This document shows, piece by piece, positions 37,191-47,098 of a stretch of 64,000 nucleotides of DNA (its first letter is position 1; every line of letters starts with the position of its first letter). The notes under the pieces are model-generated. The model had not been told where the DNA came from. It ran no database searches and worked only from the letters and a program-made list of their open reading frames with translations. This stretch comes from Candidatus Roizmanbacteria bacterium (GTDB taxonomy: Bacteria > Patescibacteriota > Microgenomatia > UBA1406). Location of the stretch: contig JANLHL010000038.1 of assembly GCA_024654535.1 (NCBI GenBank), positions 169,581 through 233,580 on the forward strand. The letters are read 5' to 3'. Position numbers and translations under genes: made by a program.

Positions 37191-37866
37191 GGAAAATATT
37201 ACTTTCTGGCACAGATTTTTGTGCAAGATACTGTTTTAAGCTTTCAACTATTGTGGGTCGGGCGCAAACATAGTATTCGAATGACTGTGGTGAATTATGC
37301 AAGAAAATATCATTGAGGGCGTCTTGTATATAGCCCTTGCTGCAATGGTCGCGTACATCTCCTTTTGAAAGGCAAAAGGTGTAGTCAAAACCCTTCATGC
37401 GACCAAGTTTTTTCCAGATATCTGTGTAGTACGCTTGTTCAAAAGTACGCGTTCCCCATAAAAGGATTCGCTTCTGTGGACTACGCATCTCGTGCATAAA
37501 CTCAAGCATTGATTTCATTGGCGCAATACCACTTCCTGTAGCTAAAAATAGTTTCGGAAGATTTGATTCGTGCAGCACAAAAACGCCAAGTGGTGCCCGA
37601 AAATGTATATGATCACCCAATGCAAGATTCATGAGATATTGAGAACCAATACCCATTGGAGTAGTATCTATGAGTAGTTCAAATTTTTTGTTAAATTGTG
37701 GACTAGATGCAATAGAATACTGGCGAAATCCATTTCCGACTTCAAGCAAAATGTATTGTCCTGACTTAAACTCAAGCGTATCGTCTACGAGATCAAACCA
37801 AAGCTGCAGCACATTAGGGGCGAGCACATTTTTTTCGGTAAGAGTAGCTGTATAGTGTTTGAGCAT
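37174..37866 (-). CDS. Ferredoxin-NADP(+) reductase-like FAD/NAD(P)-binding oxidoreductase
   Basis: It has RQYSIAS (the RxYS FAD motif), GDHIHFRAPLG and LATGSGIAPM (NAD(P) motif). No Fe-S cysteine cluster was seen. Confidence 0.7.
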   Translation of the reverse strand: MLKHYTATLTEKNVLAPNVLQLWFDLVDDTLEFKSGQYILLEVGNGFRQYSIASSPQFNKKFELLIDTTPMGIGSQYLMNLALGDHIHFRAPLGVFVLHESNLPKLFLATGSGIAPMKSMLEFMHEMRSPQKRILLWGTRTFEQAYYTDIWKKLGRMKGFDYTFCLSKGDVRDHCSKGYIQDALNDIFLHNSPQSFEYYVCARPTIVESLKQYLAQKSVPESNIFHEKFT

Positions 37867-37872
37867 GTGTAC

Positions 37873-37881
37873 AGTATAGCA
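37873..37881 (-). promoter_or_regulatory. Extended -10 element
   Basis: On the minus strand, TGcTATACT ends 6 nt before ATG 37866. Confidence 0.5.
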
Positions 37882-37972
37882 AACACCCCTTACGTGGGGT
37901 TGTATACGTGCTCATGGCTGAGAAGGTGAGGAACCGTCATACCATATCATACTTCTTTTCTTTTTTGCCACA

Positions 37973-37981
37973 TGATATACT
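37973..37981 (+). promoter_or_regulatory. Extended -10 element
   Basis: TGaTATACT ends 7 nt before ATG 37989. Confidence 0.5.
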
Positions 37982-37988
37982 TCAAAGT

Positions 37989-38774
37989 ATGAAGCCTCTG
38001 CTGTCCGTAGCTCTAGCAGTGCATAATGAAGAAAAAAACATCCATCGATGTCTTACGTCCCTTTATGGCTGGGTCGATGAGATTGTCATAGTAGATGGTA
38101 AATCTACAGACTTGACAGTAGCTCTTGCGCGAAGGTTTGGAAAAAAAGTACGTATATTTCACGAAGAGAATCCCCCAATGTTTCATAAGAATAAGGAAAA
38201 GGCACTGAAAAAAGCGATCGGTGAATGGATTCTGCAGCTTGATGCGGACGAAATCGTCTCACCAGCTTTAAAAAAAGAAATTCTCAGCAAAATAAAACAG
38301 AGAAAAGTCGGCGCATATTCCATACCTCGTTTAAACTATTTTTTGGGTACCGCACTCAAAAAAGGAGGACAATATCCAGACTATACTATACGTTTATATA
38401 GGAATGGTGCCGCACATTTTGCTTGTAAGAGCATTCACGAACAGGTAACACTTAGTAAAGATACACAAATAGGGTGTATATCCCAGCCCTTATTACACTA
38501 TCCATATGAATCTTTTTCTTCCTACTTGCATAAATGGGAGCATTATTGTACTTTGGAAGCATCGACTTTATACAAACAGAAGGTTGTCCCCACGTTCACA
38601 TTGGGATTAACGTATTTTATAGTTAAGCCGATTGGGTGGTTTTTTTCAACGTATCTGCGACACCTTGGGTTTTTAGATGGGTTTGCTGGTTTTGTGTTCA
38701 GTGCATTTTCTGCACTACGATTTTGGATAATTTATATACAGTTATATGAAAAATATGGCTCCAATACAGCTTAA
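37989..38774 (+). CDS. Family 2 glycosyltransferase
   Basis: Motifs seen: LSVALAVHNEEKNI, EIVIVDGKSTD and LQLDADE (DxD). A C-terminal hydrophobic segment is present. The start is taken at 37989 rather than the ORF-track 37908. Confidence 0.8.
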   Translation: MKPLLSVALAVHNEEKNIHRCLTSLYGWVDEIVIVDGKSTDLTVALARRFGKKVRIFHEENPPMFHKNKEKALKKAIGEWILQLDADEIVSPALKKEILSKIKQRKVGAYSIPRLNYFLGTALKKGGQYPDYTIRLYRNGAAHFACKSIHEQVTLSKDTQIGCISQPLLHYPYESFSSYLHKWEHYCTLEASTLYKQKVVPTFTLGLTYFIVKPIGWFFSTYLRHLGFLDGFAGFVFSAFSALRFWIIYIQLYEKYGSNTA

Positions 38775-39897
38775 AAAGCTACGAGTAGCATTGGTTCACG
38801 ACTTTTTACGAGAGTATGGAGGTGCTGAGCGGGTACTGGAGGAGCTTTATGCCATTTTTCCTCAGGCTGATATTTATACTTCGGTTGTGTATCCTGATCG
38901 ATTAAAGGTTCATTGGTATCGGATGCACTCGTGGAATATTCATCAGTCTTGGTTTGGGAAGATACCTCTTGTACGCGATTATCCATCAATGTTTCGTTTT
39001 CTAGCACCTTACATATGGGAAAGCATGGATTTTTCGTCATATGATCTTGTTTTATCTTCGTCTGGATGGTTCATGTGCAAGGGAATTATTACTCGTGCAG
39101 ATACTTTACATGTGTCCTATGTGCATCATCAAAATAAATTTCTTACGTATTATGAAACGCCAGATAGTTGGCAAAAAAATGCATTTAAAAGAATGTATGC
39201 CAATATTGTAGGCCCAGCTTTGCGTACGTGGGACTATATTGGTGGACAGCGACCAGATGTATTAGTAGCAAATTCGAAGGAAACAAAACGCAGAATCGAG
39301 AAGTACTATCGTCGAGATTCACTCGTGATATATCCACCGGTGACTGATCCAAATGTAAATTTGTCAGAAAAAATACGTTGTACATCTGATTACTATGTTA
39401 ACGTTAACCGTTTAGCAAAACCGAAACATGTTGATGTTTTGATTCAGGCAGCGAACAAACTTGGCATAACTCTTTACGTTGTTGGACAGGGCAAGGAATA
39501 TGGGTACTTAAAATCTATTGCGGGTAAAACGGTGCACATGGTTGGAGAGATATCGGATCTTGAGTTGGGCAATTTACTTTTTGGTGCAAAGGGATTTTTG
39601 TTTGCCTCAGTTGACGAAGATTTTGGAATAGCTCCAGTTGAAGCTCTTATGTATGGAGTGCCGGTCATCGCTTATGATAGTGGTGGACTAAGAGAAACAG
39701 TGAAAAATGGAGAGAATGGTTATCTTGTGGACGAATTATCGCCATCTGCCTTTGTTTCCGCTATACGTAAATTTGAAAAAACAGATTGGGAAACTCTTTC
39801 AAAACAATCGCATAAAGGAGCACGTATCTTTTCAGCTGGTGAATTTCGCTCAAACATAGTACACTTACTCGCCGAACAGCTACGTTCATATAAATAG
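38746..39897 (+). CDS. Family 4 (GT-B, GT1-type) glycosyltransferase
   Basis: It has EDFGIAPVEALMYGVPVIAYDSGGLRETV (the E-x7-E region) and an N-terminal LRVALVHDFL. The start may be 38746 or 38755. Confidence 0.8.
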   Translation: MKNMAPIQLKKLRVALVHDFLREYGGAERVLEELYAIFPQADIYTSVVYPDRLKVHWYRMHSWNIHQSWFGKIPLVRDYPSMFRFLAPYIWESMDFSSYDLVLSSSGWFMCKGIITRADTLHVSYVHHQNKFLTYYETPDSWQKNAFKRMYANIVGPALRTWDYIGGQRPDVLVANSKETKRRIEKYYRRDSLVIYPPVTDPNVNLSEKIRCTSDYYVNVNRLAKPKHVDVLIQAANKLGITLYVVGQGKEYGYLKSIAGKTVHMVGEISDLELGNLLFGAKGFLFASVDEDFGIAPVEALMYGVPVIAYDSGGLRETVKNGENGYLVDELSPSAFVSAIRKFEKTDWETLSKQSHKGARIFSAGEFRSNIVHLLAEQLRSYK

Positions 39898-39926
39898 GTG
39901 TCTATTTTTAGAATATCAAATGCCAG

Positions 39927-40676
39927 ATGTTGGAATTTAAATCAATAAGTTGCTTTTTTAACAACGAGAAGATCGTCGATACCGTATCTTTTTCAGTTGG
40001 CAAAGGAGAAATTGTTATTCTTATGGGCCCTAATGGATCGGGTAAATCGACATTTGCACATGCCATTATGGGAAACCCACTGTATAGACTAGGGAATGAT
40101 GCAGTTATTGCGGTTGATGGGCATGACATTACAAAAAAGACCACCGAAGAAAAAGCGAAAGAGGGACTTTTTTTAGCATTTCAAAATCCTATCGCTGTAC
40201 CAGGGGTGAGCGTTACAAAACTACTGCGTGAAATTCAAGGTGCACAAGCAAGTGGGACGCTCTTAAAAGACGTGCGATCATATGCGCAGTCATTTGATTT
40301 TTCCGACACTCTTTTATCGCGTGGTATTAATGATGGATTTTCTGGAGGAGAGAAAAAAAAGATCGAAATGATGCAGGCGTGTTTTTTAGCAAAAAAATAT
40401 GCACTTTTTGATGAAATAGATACTGGTTTAGACGCAGACGCACTTCGAGCTATAGCGACGAGCATAAATGCACTTAAGAAAAAAAATATAGGTTGTGTAG
40501 TCATTACTCACTATTTGCGCTTAGTGGACTATCTAGAAGCTGATAAAGTTCTCGTCATGCATAAAGGGCAAATTGTGAAACGTGGCACAAAAGCTCTCGC
40601 CTCACTGATAGAAAAGGAAGGGTACGAGAAAATAGTGAAAGTGAAAGGGAAGAACGAAAAAATACCAAAAAAATAG
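39927..40676 (+). CDS. sufC: Fe-S cluster assembly ATPase SufC
   Basis: It has GPNGSGKST, the ABC signature variant FSGGEKKK, Walker B ALFDEID and the H-loop ITHY. Confidence 0.9.
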   Translation: MLEFKSISCFFNNEKIVDTVSFSVGKGEIVILMGPNGSGKSTFAHAIMGNPLYRLGNDAVIAVDGHDITKKTTEEKAKEGLFLAFQNPIAVPGVSVTKLLREIQGAQASGTLLKDVRSYAQSFDFSDTLLSRGINDGFSGGEKKKIEMMQACFLAKKYALFDEIDTGLDADALRAIATSINALKKKNIGCVVITHYLRLVDYLEADKVLVMHKGQIVKRGTKALASLIEKEGYEKIVKVKGKNEKIPKK

Positions 40677-40680
40677 CACA

Positions 40681-42069
40681 ATGAAGAAAGATACACATAC
40701 GAGTCAATGGGATTTTAAAGTCCCCAGTACGTCAAAATTTACAACAGGTTCAGGCATAAACGAAGGTGTTGTTCGTTCAATTTCACAGCACAAGAGAGAA
40801 CCGGTATGGATGCGTGATTTTCGCATACGTGCGTATCAAATATTTCAAAAAAAACATATGCCCCGTTGGGGAGCTGATTTATCAAAGTTAGACTTCGATG
40901 CGATCTCATATTATTTGCAGCCGGACGCAAAGAAAGCTCGTTCATGGGAAGATTTGCCCTCGGATATAAAAAAAACGTATGATTATTTAGGAATTCCGAA
41001 TGCAGAAAAGAATTTTTTAGCAGGTGTATCTGCGCAATATGAATCAGAAGTGCTTTACAAATCTATCCACTCGGAGCTTACGAAGCAAGGAGTTTTATTT
41101 GTAGACACCGATACGGGTCTGAGGGAATATCCACACATATTTAAAAGATATTTTGGTACGCTCGTTCCAAGCGGCGATAACATATTTGCGGCTCTCAATT
41201 CTGCTGCATGGTCGGGTGGAAGTTTTGTCTATATTCCGAAGGGTGTGAAAGTAGCAATGCCACTGCAGGCATATTTTCGTATCAATGCACAGAACATGGG
41301 CCAGTTTGAACGCACGCTTATTATAGCAGAAGAGGGAAGCTCAGTGCACTATATAGAGGGTTGTAGCGCTCCTATTTATTCTACATCTTCCCTTCATTCT
41401 GCCGTCGTAGAGATTTTCGTACACAAAGGTGCACATGTGAGATATACGACTGTCCAGAATTGGAGTCCAAATGTGTACAATCTTGTTACAAAGCGTGCGC
41501 GAGTTGAAGCGCAAGGAAGTATGCAGTGGATAGACGGTAATCTTGGTTCACAGGTAACTATGAAATATCCCAGTTGTTATCTCATGGGAGAGGAAGCTCG
41601 GGGCGAAGTACTTTCAATTGCCTATGCAGGGCGTGGACAGCATCAGGATGCTGGTGCAAAAATGCTTCATTTTGCTCCACATACGTCTTCTCGGATTGTA
41701 TCGAAGTCTATTGCAAAGAACGGCGGTCGGACATCATATAGAGGTTTGGTGTACGTGAAACGAGGCGCACATGATTCGAAAACAAAAGTTGTTTGTGATG
41801 CACTTATTTTAGATAAGAATTCGCGCTCAGATACGTATCCCACCATGAAAATAGATGAGCAAAAAGTGACCGTAGAACACGAAGCAACCGTATCCAAAAT
41901 AGGTGATGAGCAGCTATTTTATTTAATGACAAGAGGAGTCAAGAAAGAGCGTGCTGAGGCACTCGTCGTAAACGGGTTTCTAGAATCTGTCGTAGCAGAG
42001 TTACCACTTGAATATGCGGTTGAAATGAATCGTTTGATTACACTCGAGATGGAAGGAAGCGTAGGCTAA
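40681..42069 (+). CDS. sufB: Fe-S cluster assembly protein SufB
   Basis: It is 462 aa with the typical SufB beta-helix region ([23 protein letters not shown]..., ...[20 protein letters not shown]). Confidence 0.9.
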   Translation: MKKDTHTSQWDFKVPSTSKFTTGSGINEGVVRSISQHKREPVWMRDFRIRAYQIFQKKHMPRWGADLSKLDFDAISYYLQPDAKKARSWEDLPSDIKKTYDYLGIPNAEKNFLAGVSAQYESEVLYKSIHSELTKQGVLFVDTDTGLREYPHIFKRYFGTLVPSGDNIFAALNSAAWSGGSFVYIPKGVKVAMPLQAYFRINAQNMGQFERTLIIAEEGSSVHYIEGCSAPIYSTSSLHSAVVEIFVHKGAHVRYTTVQNWSPNVYNLVTKRARVEAQGSMQWIDGNLGSQVTMKYPSCYLMGEEARGEVLSIAYAGRGQHQDAGAKMLHFAPHTSSRIVSKSIAKNGGRTSYRGLVYVKRGAHDSKTKVVCDALILDKNSRSDTYPTMKIDEQKVTVEHEATVSKIGDEQLFYLMTRGVKKERAEALVVNGFLESVVAELPLEYAVEMNRLITLEMEGSVG

Positions 42070-42103
42070 AGCAATGTAACATTAAGAATGGAGAGCTTAG
42101 AAT

Positions 42104-42748
42104 TTGAAAATAAAAATGAAAAGTGAAAAATTTAAAAAAAACGACATTGTGGTTTTTCACGACGCTCAGTCAAGAGAACTTACAGTTCCCGAAGGTCTCA
42201 CACGAACGTACATCGTTGATGTCCTTTTATCCAATGGTGAACATGTATTAAATCTGACAATCGAACCAAAAAAAGACTCACGCGCGTACGTAGTTGTTTT
42301 GGCTAAGCTCAAGGGAAATGCTACTCTTGCTCTGCATACTAACCAGTTTCACGATGCTCCCTCAGGATTTTCTGACTTTTTGTGTAAAGTAGTACTGTTT
42401 GATTCTACGCGTTTTAGCTATAGTGGCACTATAAATATTACAAAAAATGGCCAACACGCACATGCATATCAGCGAAACGAAAACTTGCTTATGAGCGAAT
42501 CGGCGTATGTATCCTCTGAGCCGAAGCTTGAAATTTCAGCGAATGAAGTTTTTTGTACCCATGGAGCGACAATAGGGTATATTTCTCCCGAAATACAATA
42601 TTACATGGCAAGTAGGGGTTTGTCTAAGAAAAAGAGTGTGCAATTGGTATCGACTGGTTTCCTGTCATCGGGCTTAGATAAAATAAAAGAAACTTTTATT
42701 GAGAGAGATTTAGGTAAAATGTCTGTATTGAAAGTTTTGGATTATTAA
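42104..42748 (+). CDS. sufD: Short SufD-like protein (SufB/SufD beta-helix family)
   Basis: It sits after sufB and has the C-terminal SufBD signature (ANEVFCTHGATIGYISPEIQYYMASRGLSKKKSVQL). At 214 aa it is far shorter than typical SufD. A TTG start at 42104 lies 8 nt after GGAGAG; an alternative ATG is at 42116. Confidence 0.6.
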   Translation: MKIKMKSEKFKKNDIVVFHDAQSRELTVPEGLTRTYIVDVLLSNGEHVLNLTIEPKKDSRAYVVVLAKLKGNATLALHTNQFHDAPSGFSDFLCKVVLFDSTRFSYSGTINITKNGQHAHAYQRNENLLMSESAYVSSEPKLEISANEVFCTHGATIGYISPEIQYYMASRGLSKKKSVQLVSTGFLSSGLDKIKETFIERDLGKMSVLKVLDY

Positions 42749-42760
42749 TTTTGAATTTTT

Positions 42761-43117
42761 ATGGATTTGTATAGGGAAGAAATACTCGATCACTATAAAC
42801 ACCCGAGACATGCGGGAAAGAGTGTCTGTTCAAATAGTGCTCACGCAGATAATCCGCTATGTGGAGATGATGCATATGTCTATATAACCGTTAAAAACGG
42901 AAAAGTGTTACATGCTACGCACGTTACACAAGGATGTGCGATTTCAGTAGCTTCTGCAAGCATGCTCCTTGAGAAAATACAGGGAATGGCGGTAGATGCG
43001 GTTTTGAAACTAAAGCCTCAAGATATAACAGATATGTTGGGGACAACGCTCACACCTTCGAGGTTGAAATGCGCTCTTTTACCGTTGGAAACGGTACAGA
43101 AGGCACTTGTTCGATAG
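42761..43117 (+). CDS. sufU: SufU/IscU-type (NifU N-terminal domain) Fe-S scaffold/sulfur acceptor
   Basis: Motifs seen: LYREEILDHYKHPRH, NPLCGDD, GCAISVASASML and RLKCALLPLETV. Confidence 0.8.
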   Translation: MDLYREEILDHYKHPRHAGKSVCSNSAHADNPLCGDDAYVYITVKNGKVLHATHVTQGCAISVASASMLLEKIQGMAVDAVLKLKPQDITDMLGTTLTPSRLKCALLPLETVQKALVR

Positions 43118-43140
43118 ATTGTAGTCTTAACTACATCAGG

Positions 43141-43169
43141 TTGCAAAATGTATTATCAATCGATATAAT
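43141..43169 (+). promoter_or_regulatory. Near-consensus sigma70 promoter of rpsO-pnp
   Basis: TTGCAA (43141-46), 17-nt spacer, TATAAT (43164-69); ATG 43176 lies 6 nt downstream. Confidence 0.6.
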
Positions 43170-43175
43170 GCGTAG

Positions 43176-43604
43176 ATGGCAACAAAGAAAGTAGCAGAAA
43201 AAAAACCGGTCGAAAAGAAAAAAGCCCCCGTACGAGAAAAATCAAAGGCTTTGATTATGAAGAAATCCACCGTTAAGAAGGCAGAAGAACCAAAAAAAGC
43301 CGATATTCAGAATACTGCTCCAACTGGAGAAGACAAGCAAAAGATTATTACTCTTTTTTCAACGAAGCAAGGCGATACAGGTTCACCAGAAGTACAAGTG
43401 GCTATTTTGACATGGAAGGTCTTAAAGCTTCAGGAACATTTGGGACAAAATCCAAAGGATAATCATTCGAGACGAGGTTTATTAAAAATAATATCCAAAA
43501 GACGCAGAATATTAAATTATATAAAGAGCCAAGAAGTAAAGAGATACGATGAAGTGTCTAAAAAAATAGCAGACTTCCAGGCAAGCTATAGCACGTCAGC
43601 ATGA
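43176..43604 (+). CDS. rpsO: 30S ribosomal protein S15 with ~52-aa lysine-rich N-terminal extension
   Basis: The core GDTGSPEVQVAILTWKVLKLQEHL...DNHSRRGLLKIISKRRRILNY is canonical S15. It is preceded by MATKKVAEKKPVEKKKAPVREKSKALIMKKSTVKKAEEPKK. Confidence 0.85.
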   Translation: MATKKVAEKKPVEKKKAPVREKSKALIMKKSTVKKAEEPKKADIQNTAPTGEDKQKIITLFSTKQGDTGSPEVQVAILTWKVLKLQEHLGQNPKDNHSRRGLLKIISKRRRILNYIKSQEVKRYDEVSKKIADFQASYSTSA

Positions 43605-45709
43605 AAGAAAAAATAATAAACTTTGATTTGGCAGGACGCCCCATATCGTTTCGCATTGGTGCAGTTGCACAACAGGCAACAGCTTCAGTTATTACTCAGT
43701 ACGGTGAAACAACGATTTTAACAACGGTTGTCGTTGGTAAAGAAAACTCAAAGCTTGATTATTTCCCCTTAAGTCTTGAATATGCAGAAAGGCTCTATGC
43801 AGGAGGAAAAATAAAAGGGTCTCGTTGGGTTAAACGTGAAGGAAGACCAACTGATGAAGCGGTTTTAACTGGCCGCATGATTGATCGTTCTGTCCGACCA
43901 CTTTTTGCAAACGATTTTCGTAGAGACGTACAGATCATAAATACTCTATTGTCCATAGACGGTAAGAACTCACCAGATATTGTTGCAGCGCTTTCAACAG
44001 CCTGTGCACTTTCTGTGTGTGATATACCATGGAATGGTCCAATAGCGACGACGAGAATCGGATATGTAGCCCCGAACGGTGACGTTAAAGGGCATTATAT
44101 GGTAAATCCAACATCAGAAGAAGAGGCCTTATCTCTATTTGATCTTGTTGTGTCGAGTAATAAAAATGAAGTAGTTATGATTGAATGCAAAGCAGAGCAG
44201 GTAAATAATGAAGCTGTAGTGACTGGTATTTCCGAGGCAGTGTCACAGAATGCAAAGATTGTAACTGTATTTGAGAAGCTGCGTTCAGAATTGGGCATAT
44301 CGTTCAAACCTCAAAAATCTGACGAAGAACTTGTTGAGAAAATAGTGCATAAATACGAAAAAGAGCTCAAAAAAATGTTGTCTGAAATGGCAGATAAAGA
44401 GAATGTTGGTGGGAGCGGTATGAGTGAATTGGAAGAAAAGATAACAAAGGAATTTGAGCTCGAAGAGGGTGTCTTTAGTACCCTTATGCCAGCACTATTT
44501 AAGAAGACGATGAAAAAGCTCGTATTTAAAGATCAAAAAAGAGCAGATGGAAGAGCATTTGATGAAGTGCGCCCATTATCAGCACAGGTTGGTGTGGTAC
44601 CACGTGTGCATGGATCGGCATTGTTCTCACGTGGAGCAACACAAGTTTTGTCTATTGCAACACTCGGACCTCTCTCTATGCAACAGTGGATAGAAGACCC
44701 AGAAGGTCAGGTCATGAAACGATACATTCACCACTACTCTATGCCTCCATATTCGGTTGGAGAAACGGGGAGAATAGGTTCGCCTTCGCGTCGAGAAATT
44801 GGACACGGTGCTTTAGCAGAAAAAGGAGTAGAAGTTTTGCTACCAGATGAGGAAAAATTCCCATACACTGTTCGAGTAGTATCTGAAGTTTTGTCATCGA
44901 ATGGTTCAACCTCAATGGCTTCCACGTGTGGATCGAGCTTAGCTCTTATGGATGCTGGTGTGCCAATGGGTGCGCATGTCGGTGGTATAGCTATAGGTAT
45001 AGTACGAGAATCACAGGATAAATATCAACTTTTAACAGACATCATAGGCATCGAAGACTTTTTCGGTGAAATGGATTTCAAAGTTGCGGGTACGAGGAAA
45101 GGTATCACCGCAATACAGCTTGATGTAAAAAATATGGGTCTTACACATACGCAGATTGTTGAAACGGTAAAGCTTGCAACAGACGCTCGCATGAAGGTGC
45201 TGGATGTTATGGATAAAGCTCTATCTGAACCTAGAACATCACTTTCGCAGTATGCACCGCGTGTCGTTGTGCTTACCCCACCAGAAGATAAGATTGGTGA
45301 GATAATAGGCCCAGGGGGCAAAAATATCAAAAAAATAATCGCCGATACCGGGTGTGAAATAGACATAGACGACAGTGGGAAGGTATCTATTTCTGGCATA
45401 AATAAAGAAAAAGTGGAAATGGCGATTGAAATGATTAAGAGCGTCTACAAAGAATATGCCATTGGTACAGAATTCGATGCACACGTGTTAAAGATGTTTC
45501 CATTCGGCGCGCTTGTTGAAGTAGCCCCCGGAAAAGAAGGACTTCTGCACGTGTCAAGAATGGGTATGGGTTTTGTTAAAGACGCAAGCAATTTATTCAA
45601 AGAGGGCGACCCACTTCGTGTGAAACTTGAAGAAAAAGACGAACGTGGAAAACTACGATTTGCACTTGTGAAAGACGAAGATAAAAAAGAAGAAGTCTCA
45701 CAGAGCTAA
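43601..45709 (+). CDS. pnp: Polyribonucleotide nucleotidyltransferase (PNPase)
   Basis: It has two RNase PH domains, a KH domain (IGPGGKNIKKI) and an S1 domain (FGALVEVAPGKEGLLHVS). ATGA overlap with rpsO. Confidence 0.95.
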   Translation: MKEKIINFDLAGRPISFRIGAVAQQATASVITQYGETTILTTVVVGKENSKLDYFPLSLEYAERLYAGGKIKGSRWVKREGRPTDEAVLTGRMIDRSVRPLFANDFRRDVQIINTLLSIDGKNSPDIVAALSTACALSVCDIPWNGPIATTRIGYVAPNGDVKGHYMVNPTSEEEALSLFDLVVSSNKNEVVMIECKAEQVNNEAVVTGISEAVSQNAKIVTVFEKLRSELGISFKPQKSDEELVEKIVHKYEKELKKMLSEMADKENVGGSGMSELEEKITKEFELEEGVFSTLMPALFKKTMKKLVFKDQKRADGRAFDEVRPLSAQVGVVPRVHGSALFSRGATQVLSIATLGPLSMQQWIEDPEGQVMKRYIHHYSMPPYSVGETGRIGSPSRREIGHGALAEKGVEVLLPDEEKFPYTVRVVSEVLSSNGSTSMASTCGSSLALMDAGVPMGAHVGGIAIGIVRESQDKYQLLTDIIGIEDFFGEMDFKVAGTRKGITAIQLDVKNMGLTHTQIVETVKLATDARMKVLDVMDKALSEPRTSLSQYAPRVVVLTPPEDKIGEIIGPGGKNIKKIIADTGCEIDIDDSGKVSISGINKEKVEMAIEMIKSVYKEYAIGTEFDAHVLKMFPFGALVEVAPGKEGLLHVSRMGMGFVKDASNLFKEGDPLRVKLEEKDERGKLRFALVKDEDKKEEVSQS

Positions 45710-46963
45710 CGATAAAAAAGGGATTTCGCACTCAACTCTCGTTCCTCCACCATGGTGTCCAAGAAACTTCATTTCAAACGTGTCCTTTTTGTACCACCAT
45801 ACTGCAAATCCATCGTAGGGCAAAATAACCACATTACCAACGCGGTCTAGAAATCGCTGAGAAGGCGTCTCTTCACTAAAGAAACCATGTTTTATCAAAG
45901 CATTTGTTTCGTACACTTCTGCTTTTCCCTTTAGGTCTTTCTGAAGCATAGAAACAACCTGCTTTACATATTCGCTTTTTATATATAAAAACATATCACG
46001 AGCAGATCCAGCTGGTACTAAAGGCATATTATCGATACCACGTTTTAGATACTGTTCAAAATCTGGATATTTTTTATTGATATAGAGTGTTTCGTTTGGA
46101 CTCACGTTTGCCATACCGTGATCTGCGGATAGTAAAATCATAGTATCGGTGAGACTCTCAATGTGTTTAAAAAGCAAATCCTCAAGCATCGTAAAGGTAT
46201 TATGAATTTCAGCCATGCGTTCTGGTGAATCGGGACCATTTATGTGGCCAGCCGTGTCGACAGGGTCATGATAGAGGAAAAAATAGGATGGGTCATGCGC
46301 CTCGTTCATAGCTGAAGAAAGGAGTGTGAGTGCATGGGGGAAACTACGATATTGGTGGAGTGTTGCACCAGTGAATGTGACATCTGTGTACGGCGATGGA
46401 GCATACTCTTTGTACTGAAACACGTGCGATGCAACACCTTTTTTTGTCAGACGTTCATAGATTGATTCAAATGGAAAAGCGTCATGTGGTTTAATTACCC
46501 CATTCAGTGTTTCGCGTCCTTTGTCTCCTGCATAGGAATATAGCAGTGGTGCAATGATGCGACCTACTAAAGGTTCATAGTAAAACCATTCGTGTATTCC
46601 ACTTTGTCCGGGTTCGAGCCCGGTGTGAATAGTCGTTACATGAGCTGCTGTCGTAGAAGGGAACTGGCTTGTTAGTTTCGATACGACCCCTTTTTCTAAG
46701 AAACGTTTTAAGAATGGATACTTATTTTTGTACTTGTCCCACCATTTCCAACCAAAACTGTCGATAAAGAGGAATAGTACTTTTTTTACTGCACCATGTT
46801 TTGGCAAAACGTCGAGTGGTAAATGCTTATTCTCTTGCTGTGTAAGTAAGTATTCTATGGTAGCTGGAATGCGAGAAAAACAGTAATTACTGTAGAGAGG
46901 CTTCATAAAATGCGTACTAAATGTTGAATCTGCGACGGTTTGTATAGAACGCTTATTTATCAT
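45698..46963 (-). CDS. Alkaline-phosphatase-superfamily enzyme (type I phosphodiesterase/nucleotide pyrophosphatase-like)
   Basis: Motifs seen: LFLFIDSFGW (metal Asp), SQFPSTTAAHVTTIHTG (nucleophile Thr region), HDPVDTAGH and LLSADHGM. I start at ATG 46963 (MINKRS), 7 nt after TATACT; the ORF-track start is 47008. Confidence 0.7.
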   Translation of the reverse strand: MINKRSIQTVADSTFSTHFMKPLYSNYCFSRIPATIEYLLTQQENKHLPLDVLPKHGAVKKVLFLFIDSFGWKWWDKYKNKYPFLKRFLEKGVVSKLTSQFPSTTAAHVTTIHTGLEPGQSGIHEWFYYEPLVGRIIAPLLYSYAGDKGRETLNGVIKPHDAFPFESIYERLTKKGVASHVFQYKEYAPSPYTDVTFTGATLHQYRSFPHALTLLSSAMNEAHDPSYFFLYHDPVDTAGHINGPDSPERMAEIHNTFTMLEDLLFKHIESLTDTMILLSADHGMANVSPNETLYINKKYPDFEQYLKRGIDNMPLVPAGSARDMFLYIKSEYVKQVVSMLQKDLKGKAEVYETNALIKHGFFSEETPSQRFLDRVGNVVILPYDGFAVWWYKKDTFEMKFLGHHGGGTRVECEIPFLSLAL

Positions 46964-47098
46964 GTGTACAAGTATACAAATTATAAGTAGTTTATGTAGA
47001 TAATACATATTATTTATGTTTGTTTTTACAAAGTATCAATGGTACAATACATTATTAAAAAATATCCTATAGTTAGATAAATTATATATCAATCATTT

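Noticed and set aside
39920-39940. A six-codon ORF (ATG CCA GAT GTT GGA ATT TAA) that starts 5 nt after TAGAAT and overlaps the sufC start.
   Set aside because: It may just reflect a TSS a few nt before sufC ATG 39927. SufC homology begins exactly at 39927, and there is nothing to support a functional micro-ORF.
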